DNA of 64,000 bases. Source: an uncultured Gammaproteobacteria bacterium. GTDB lineage: Bacteria > Pseudomonadota > Gammaproteobacteria > JAURND01. Of this stretch, positions 58,985 to 64,000 are shown piece after piece. Numbering within the stretch: the stretch's first letter is position 1; the number at the start of each line of letters is the position of its first letter. The notes beneath the pieces are model-generated. The model was not told the origin of the DNA. It did not search any database and saw only the letters and a list, made by a program, of their open reading frames with translations. The stretch covers positions 960,001 through 1,024,000 of the forward strand of contig CAVQQD010000002.1 of NCBI GenBank assembly GCA_963714975.1, in the 5' to 3' direction. The position numbers were made by a program, and so were the translations under genes.

Positions 58985-60136
58985 ATGTCAAGACAACTAC
59001 CTGAAGAACAAGGAATCGAGTTGACTACTCTCAATTCTAACGAATCTGTAATCGATATGGACGAAGAGGAAGACCAGTTTGGGGACCGTGCCAGTTCTGC
59101 TAAGGGCCCTAATCCTGCACCATCGATTTCTTCAACAACGCTAGCTGACAGACCCACGTCTAGAACTGAGATTACTAATCCTCCTACCCCTCCCAGGCCA
59201 GAGGTTAGCTCCAGTCAGAATTCAACGACTACCACTTCCACGAATACTACAACACAATCCACTAGGCTGTCTTGGATGAGGGGACAACCACACAGCCCTA
59301 CTCCTAGCTCTTCTAACTCGGCCTCTAACTCAACACCCCCAACTTCGTCTCCACAAAACACTGCCTCTAATTCTAAACCAACTGGATCCTCTAGTTCTGA
59401 GGCGACGCAACCAAAATCAACTGCTCCAGCAAAAGCTTCTACAACTCCCGAGCCAACTGGCTCTGTATCTACAGCAGGGAAAGTGGGTATGGGAGTAGGT
59501 GGTCTCATAGGTGCGTATGGGCTAGGCAGTGGCAATCTAGAATTAATCCTGCTTGGAATTTTAATGGCTGCGTTTAGTTATCAGTTTAAAAACAAGCCCT
59601 CCAAGAAGAGTAGTGAAGCTAAGCAAGATGCAGAAAATACCGCCAAAAATAGCAATCACTCTTCTATTGGCAATACCCTGCAGAAAGGGGCTGGCTATGG
59701 TCTTATGGGACTAGGTACGGCCGCCGGTTTCGCTGGTTTGATTGGAGTGGCTGATCTGGAGATCGTGTTGTTAGGCGCCGTGCTAGCTTTAGCCGGTAAA
59801 ATTCTCTTAGATAAAGCGGAAAATAATACCAAAGAAAAGGCGAAAGAGAAGGCGGCTGGACCTAAGTCAGAAGAATCATTCGGTCAGAAAGCTTCTAATT
59901 TTGCTGGCAAGGCGGGTAGTACCCTAGGCAGTGGAGCTATGGCTTTTTCAGCAGTGGGTATTGGTCTCAGCGCGGGATTTGGAGTCAATCTGGGAATGGA
60001 AACGCCAATTCTTTTAGCCATTGGTGTGTTAGGTCTAATAGTGAAAAAAGGCGGCGATACGTTGCAGAAAAGCAATGCGGCGGAAAAAGCGCAAACCGAA
60101 AGAGATACTAGTCACACTGCGCGGGTCAGTATCTAA
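58985..60136 (+). CDS. Ser/Thr/Pro-rich protein with three Gly-rich hydrophobic hairpins
   Basis: Disordered N-half; three ~40-aa hydrophobic modules separated by Lys/Glu linkers. Confidence 0.8.
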   Translation: MSRQLPEEQGIELTTLNSNESVIDMDEEEDQFGDRASSAKGPNPAPSISSTTLADRPTSRTEITNPPTPPRPEVSSSQNSTTTTSTNTTTQSTRLSWMRGQPHSPTPSSSNSASNSTPPTSSPQNTASNSKPTGSSSSEATQPKSTAPAKASTTPEPTGSVSTAGKVGMGVGGLIGAYGLGSGNLELILLGILMAAFSYQFKNKPSKKSSEAKQDAENTAKNSNHSSIGNTLQKGAGYGLMGLGTAAGFAGLIGVADLEIVLLGAVLALAGKILLDKAENNTKEKAKEKAAGPKSEESFGQKASNFAGKAGSTLGSGAMAFSAVGIGLSAGFGVNLGMETPILLAIGVLGLIVKKGGDTLQKSNAAEKAQTERDTSHTARVSI

Positions 60137-60143
60137 CTCCCCC

Positions 60144-61445
60144 TCATCCGACTTCGGCACCTTCTCCCACAAGGGGAGAAGGATTTTGCCACCACAAAAG
60201 CCTTGACCTTGAACGACTTTTTGTTTCTGCTTGCAATCTTTTAATAAATAATGGTTCAAAATATTTCCGGCGATAGCGTGGGCTTTCCACGCCTGGCTCA
60301 ATGGCTTCCAGCCATAATTGCATCGCATCGGCGATGCTATTCAGCTTGGGAGGAAGCTCTATTGGAGTAGTTAGGCAGCGCAGGAATAAGCTAAAACTCC
60401 ACTGACTAAAATCAGTGGCTAATAAATATCTTAGCCAAGTTCGATATTCTTCAGGATAATAGCGCGGGTGAATATGCCTTGGAGTAAATTGACGCTCTTG
60501 GATCCTTGTGCGGTGAATAATTTCATAGGCTAATAATAAAAAACTAATTAATACATGTTTTCGATGATGCAACATGTCAGTAGTCGTTGGCTGAATGGAG
60601 CCATAATCAATAAATCGCACTTCTTCCTGCGGATTTAACAGCAAATTCCAGGTACGTAAATCCGTATGATACAAGCCCTGCCCTTCTAATAAACTGAGTT
60701 GTTGGAGTAAGTTGAGGAGAATTTTTCGCGGGTCATAGGGAAAGCCTTCGCTGATGATTTTATGCAAAGAAGTCCCGCTGAGCTTTTCACGCAATAGCCA
60801 ACCGTCCTTTTGATTAATTTTAGAATGAATGAGTTTTGGTAGCCAGGGCACTGTAGCCGATTGCCGCTCTAAAAAACGAATTTCGTTGGCTAACTCGGCA
60901 CGATTCACCTGCGCTTTGCGGTCAATAAACTGAAACTGTTTCAAAATGAGCTGCTCAGAAAAATAATAACGCCGCGTGTGAGCATGCGCATCGGGATCCA
61001 ATTCATGAGAAAAATCAGCCCAGGAAGTAAATCGCTGCAATTGCCCATCCGCATACCAATAATCATTACTAGCAAAGAATAGTTCGGGATGGCTAGCAAT
61101 TTTTTCGTGGTAAGCAAATAGGCATCTTAATTCCTGCAGATCATAATCGCAGGACACTAATAAAAAAATTGTATTCTTTTGTGGTAATCGGCTTAATTTT
61201 GTGAGTGGTTGCTCGAAGGCTAGGATTAAGTCGGCGGATTGTGGTTCCAGAGTGCTGTCCTTGTGGGGATGACGTGCCTTTGCTTCTAAAACCAATATCC
61301 GTAACGGACGCGCTAAATAATTTCTAAATTTAGTGGCTATAGTTTGGACTAGCGGCAACCAGTGGTTTTCCGCTTGTTCTATTTGCTCAAAATTGGGAAT
61401 AAGATGTTGAACCTGACTTGCGTCCATTCTCCCATACTCCTTCAT
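60144..61445 (-). CDS. WbdD-like kinase-domain protein with a degenerate methyltransferase domain
   Basis: RRYYF, N.AEL.NE..FL, GWLLREKL.G, G.YH.D.R.WN, FIDYGSI. Confidence 0.7.
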   Translation of the reverse strand: MKEYGRMDASQVQHLIPNFEQIEQAENHWLPLVQTIATKFRNYLARPLRILVLEAKARHPHKDSTLEPQSADLILAFEQPLTKLSRLPQKNTIFLLVSCDYDLQELRCLFAYHEKIASHPELFFASNDYWYADGQLQRFTSWADFSHELDPDAHAHTRRYYFSEQLILKQFQFIDRKAQVNRAELANEIRFLERQSATVPWLPKLIHSKINQKDGWLLREKLSGTSLHKIISEGFPYDPRKILLNLLQQLSLLEGQGLYHTDLRTWNLLLNPQEEVRFIDYGSIQPTTTDMLHHRKHVLISFLLLAYEIIHRTRIQERQFTPRHIHPRYYPEEYRTWLRYLLATDFSQWSFSLFLRCLTTPIELPPKLNSIADAMQLWLEAIEPGVESPRYRRKYFEPLFIKRLQAETKSRSRSRLLWWQNPSPLVGEGAEVG

Positions 61446-61581
61446 AACATTAAGAAGGGCTTAAGTATAAAGCAATCTCTTGGCTTGGCAAGAAAGCAAA
61501 TTTCTCAACATCTACAAAATCTTTACATTAATTAATGTATTTGTTAATTTATGTTCGCCGAACATTAATGAGGAAATGATA

Positions 61582-61845
61582 ATGTCAAGACGAAATGAGC
61601 CGCGATGCGCTGCTCGGATGGGTGTTATGTTTTCGATATTGGCTACGCCATTTTTATTCGCTGATGTGAGTGAGGATCATCCTGATTTGCTAATGCCCGT
61701 TGGAGTAATCCTGGCTGCGATCGCAGCGATTGCTTTTCTGATAGCTTTTTTCCAGTTTTTATGCAGTTCTTGTGTGGAAGATGATAGTAGTGATGCCTCT
61801 ACAAACGATACTACGCACAATCACAGAACTTTCTTCTCCCACTGA
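61582..61845 (+). CDS. Small two-TM protein, tandem paralog 1
   Basis: SD GAGGA; duplicated upstream region. Confidence 0.7.
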   Translation: MSRRNEPRCAARMGVMFSILATPFLFADVSEDHPDLLMPVGVILAAIAAIAFLIAFFQFLCSSCVEDDSSDASTNDTTHNHRTFFSH

Positions 61846-62027
61846 AAGAAATGAGAACGATACGGCTGCGCTGAACGGCAAGAGGGTTCCATCAAGTCCC
61901 CTCTCCCCCCGTATAAACCAATCTTTTGGCTTGGCAAGAAAGTAATTTTCTTAACATCTACGAAAATTTTACATTAATTAATGTATTTACTAACCTATGC
62001 TCACCGAAAATTAACGAGGTAATGATA

Positions 62028-62318
62028 ATGCCCATGAAGATACGAGATGATCTGCAAGCTACTGCTCTTGCACACTTGGTGGTGGGTGGTATATTTTCGA
62101 TACCTGCAACATATGTTTTAGTAGGTAGTGTACGTTCGGATGATTTTGCTGCTAGAGAGTGTGGAGTAGTCCTGGGTGTGATTGCAATGATTTTTTTTCT
62201 GGCAGCGCTGCGTTTTTGGATCACCAGCTTTCGTCACGAACGTAGTCAAACACCCCTATCCGACCCAGAAGAGTCGCAGTCTTCTTCCACTTGCGGGAGC
62301 GGGGGCAGAGATGTCTGA
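62028..62318 (+). CDS. Small two-TM protein, tandem paralog 2
   Basis: RDDLQ..AL ... FL.AL.FWI.SF.HER. Confidence 0.7.
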   Translation: MPMKIRDDLQATALAHLVVGGIFSIPATYVLVGSVRSDDFAARECGVVLGVIAMIFFLAALRFWITSFRHERSQTPLSDPEESQSSSTCGSGGRDV

Positions 62319-62436
62319 ATCACTTCCGCCAACAACATATATACCGCCGGCACCACAAGTAACGTAAACAAAGTGCCAATCGAAATACCTGTAGCAATAA
62401 CCAAGCCAATATTAAAACGGCTTACCGCACCCGCGC
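62317..62436 (-). repeat. Diverged 120-bp duplicate of the RND gene 3' region (62953-63072)
   Basis: About 15 substitutions, no indels, by manual alignment. Confidence 0.9.
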
Positions 62437-62508
62437 ATCTACGAAAGCTTTACATTAATTACTATATTTGTTACCCTATGTTCACCGAAAATTAATGAGG
62501 AAATGATA

Positions 62509-62877
62509 ATGACTACAATGCGCGATGAGCTGCAATGTAATGCTCTTGGAAGTTTTGGAGTGGGTACTGGATTTTCGTCGTTTGCTGCGCCAATTTTAGT
62601 AAAAGGTGTGCAGTGGGATGATCCTACTGTGATATTCTTCGGGGGAGTCTTTGGTGTAGCTGCAGCGCTTGCTTTTCTGACAGCGCTGGTTTTTTGGATC
62701 GCCAGCTTTTGTCACGAACGTAACCCAGAAGATAAAGGCGGCTTGGCAGTTGCGACTGGTGTTTTGTGGGGAGGAGATATTACCGCTGACAAAAGTTTCA
62801 GTTGCCTGGGGGGGGGAAGGGATGAGCGGGCGCCTCTGACGGGTGGTAATACTAATACTCTTGGGCCAAGGGGATAA
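62509..62877 (+). CDS. Small two-TM protein, tandem paralog 3
   Basis: RDELQ..AL ... FL.AL.FWI.SF.HER. Confidence 0.7.
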   Translation: MTTMRDELQCNALGSFGVGTGFSSFAAPILVKGVQWDDPTVIFFGGVFGVAAALAFLTALVFWIASFCHERNPEDKGGLAVATGVLWGGDITADKSFSCLGGGRDERAPLTGGNTNTLGPRG

Positions 62878-62911
62878 GCCTAGCGGGAAAAAGCATTTAA
62901 ATCCCCCTTTT

Positions 62912-64000
62912 TCAAAGGGGGGATTTAAGCTCAGGAGAAGGTTCTGCCGCAGGAATCACTTCCGCTAGCAACATATATACTGCCGGCACCACAAATAAAG
63001 TAAAAATGGTGCCAATCGAAATACCCGAAGCAATGACTAAGCCAATATTATAACGGCTCACTGCACCCGCGCCGGTCGCTGTTAATAACGGCACTACTCC
63101 CAGCACCATGGAGGCCGTGGTCATTAAGATCGGGCGCAAACGAATTGCCGCTGCCATCTCAATCGCCTCGCGTTTGCTTTTTCCTTCCTTTTGCAAATCA
63201 TTGGCAAATTGCACCATTAAAATTCCATGTTTACTAATTAAGCCAATCAAAGTCACTAAACCCACTTCCGTATAGATATTTAAACTCGCACCACCTATTC
63301 CCAGAGAAATAAAAATCATCGCCCCACAAATCGACATCGGCACACTGATTAAAATAATCAAAGGGTCACGAAAACTTTCAAATAACGCCGCCAACGAAAG
63401 AAAAATAATCACTAGCGCGAAAATAAAAGTCACAATCAATGCCGTTCCTTCTTGGATATATTGGCGCGATTGTCCCGCGTAATCGACACTATAACCTGTA
63501 GGCAATAAATTTTTAGCAATTTTATTCAATGCCTCCAAGGCTTGGCCTTGGGTTACCCGCGGCCCTGGCACTGCGGATAGTGTCGCTGAATTTAATTGTT
63601 GGAAATGATTCAATGTTTCTGGCACCACACTATTTTTAAATTGAATAATGGTTGATAAGGGAATTTGACTACCATCAGCGGCATTAATGTAATAATTCCG
63701 CAACTGTTCTGCATTGAGACGCTCAGAATGCACCATCTGCGGAATGACCATATAGGATCGTCCAAAAAAATCAAAATAATTCACGAATTTTTCACTTAAA
63801 CTAGCCGCTAGCACATCACCCACCTGTTGCATGGTCAAACCTAATAACGACGCTTTATCTCGATCGATGATAATTGCTGTTTGTTGCTTATCCAGTTTCA
63901 AATCACTGTCCAAATACAGAAATAAACCAGTAGCTTTAGCTTGTGCCATCACTGCTTGCGCCACTTCATTTAAGGCACTATAAGGTTCAGTGGTTTGAAT
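62912..64000 (-). CDS. RND efflux permease (AcrB family), 5' part outside the window
   Basis: LAALFESFRDP, GLISKHGIL.V.FAN, RLRPILMTT, TLFVVP. Confidence 0.95.
   Translation of the reverse strand: MQTTEPYSALNEVAQAVMAQAKATGLFLYLDSDLKLDKQQTAIIIDRDKASLLGLTMQQVGDVLAASLSEKFVNYFDFFGRSYMVIPQMVHSERLNAEQLRNYYINAADGSQIPLSTIIQFKNSVVPETLNHFQQLNSATLSAVPGPRVTQGQALEALNKIAKNLLPTGYSVDYAGQSRQYIQEGTALIVTFIFALVIIFLSLAALFESFRDPLIILISVPMSICGAMIFISLGIGGASLNIYTEVGLVTLIGLISKHGILMVQFANDLQKEGKSKREAIEMAAAIRLRPILMTTASMVLGVVPLLTATGAGAVSRYNIGLVIASGISIGTIFTLFVVPAVYMLLAEVIPAAEPSPELKSPL

Noticed and set aside
61480-62030. Longer N-termini (MAWQES.FLNIY..) for tandem paralogs 1 and 2
   Set aside because: They translate the duplicated promoter block; SD-supported ATGs lie downstream and paralog 3 lacks this extension.

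Overview
This is a chromosomal window from a Gammaproteobacterium that looks Legionellales/Coxiellales-like. That placement is an inference from PmrA-type boxes, a CBU_0585-like small ORF near grxD/fdxA, and many orphan two-TM proteins. Core content: ribF-murJ, rpsP-rimM-trmD-rplS, queH, rdgC, mfd, dusA, recJ, nadE, grxD, fdxA, tRNA-Val(GAC), complete leu (A-C-D-B), trp (E-G-D-C-F-B-A) and his (G-D-C-B-H-A-F-IE) operons, otsB, and the 3' part of an RND permease. The window is dense in palindromic REP-like repeats of at least five families, and these supply the C-termini and stop codons of several genes. One inverted pair encloses an internally deleted DUF559-type endonuclease relic (48907-49216) missed by the ORF track, which points to a nuclease-plus-REP selfish element. 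Other highlights: a ~440-nt highly structured + strand leader before a truncated cyclodipeptide-synthase-like ORF coupled to a pseudo-receiver; an intact but catalytically stripped fumarase paralog; a Leu-rich attenuator peptide; a TrpR-like operator; an orphan WbdD-like kinase; a zeta-like ATPase pair between direct repeats; an IS3 element splitting a reconstructable gene; and a diverged duplicate of the RND 3' end. Several single-base frameshifts (mfd x3, nadE, others) mostly sit in homopolymers and are probably assembly errors. All family assignments come from motif recall; no database searches were run.
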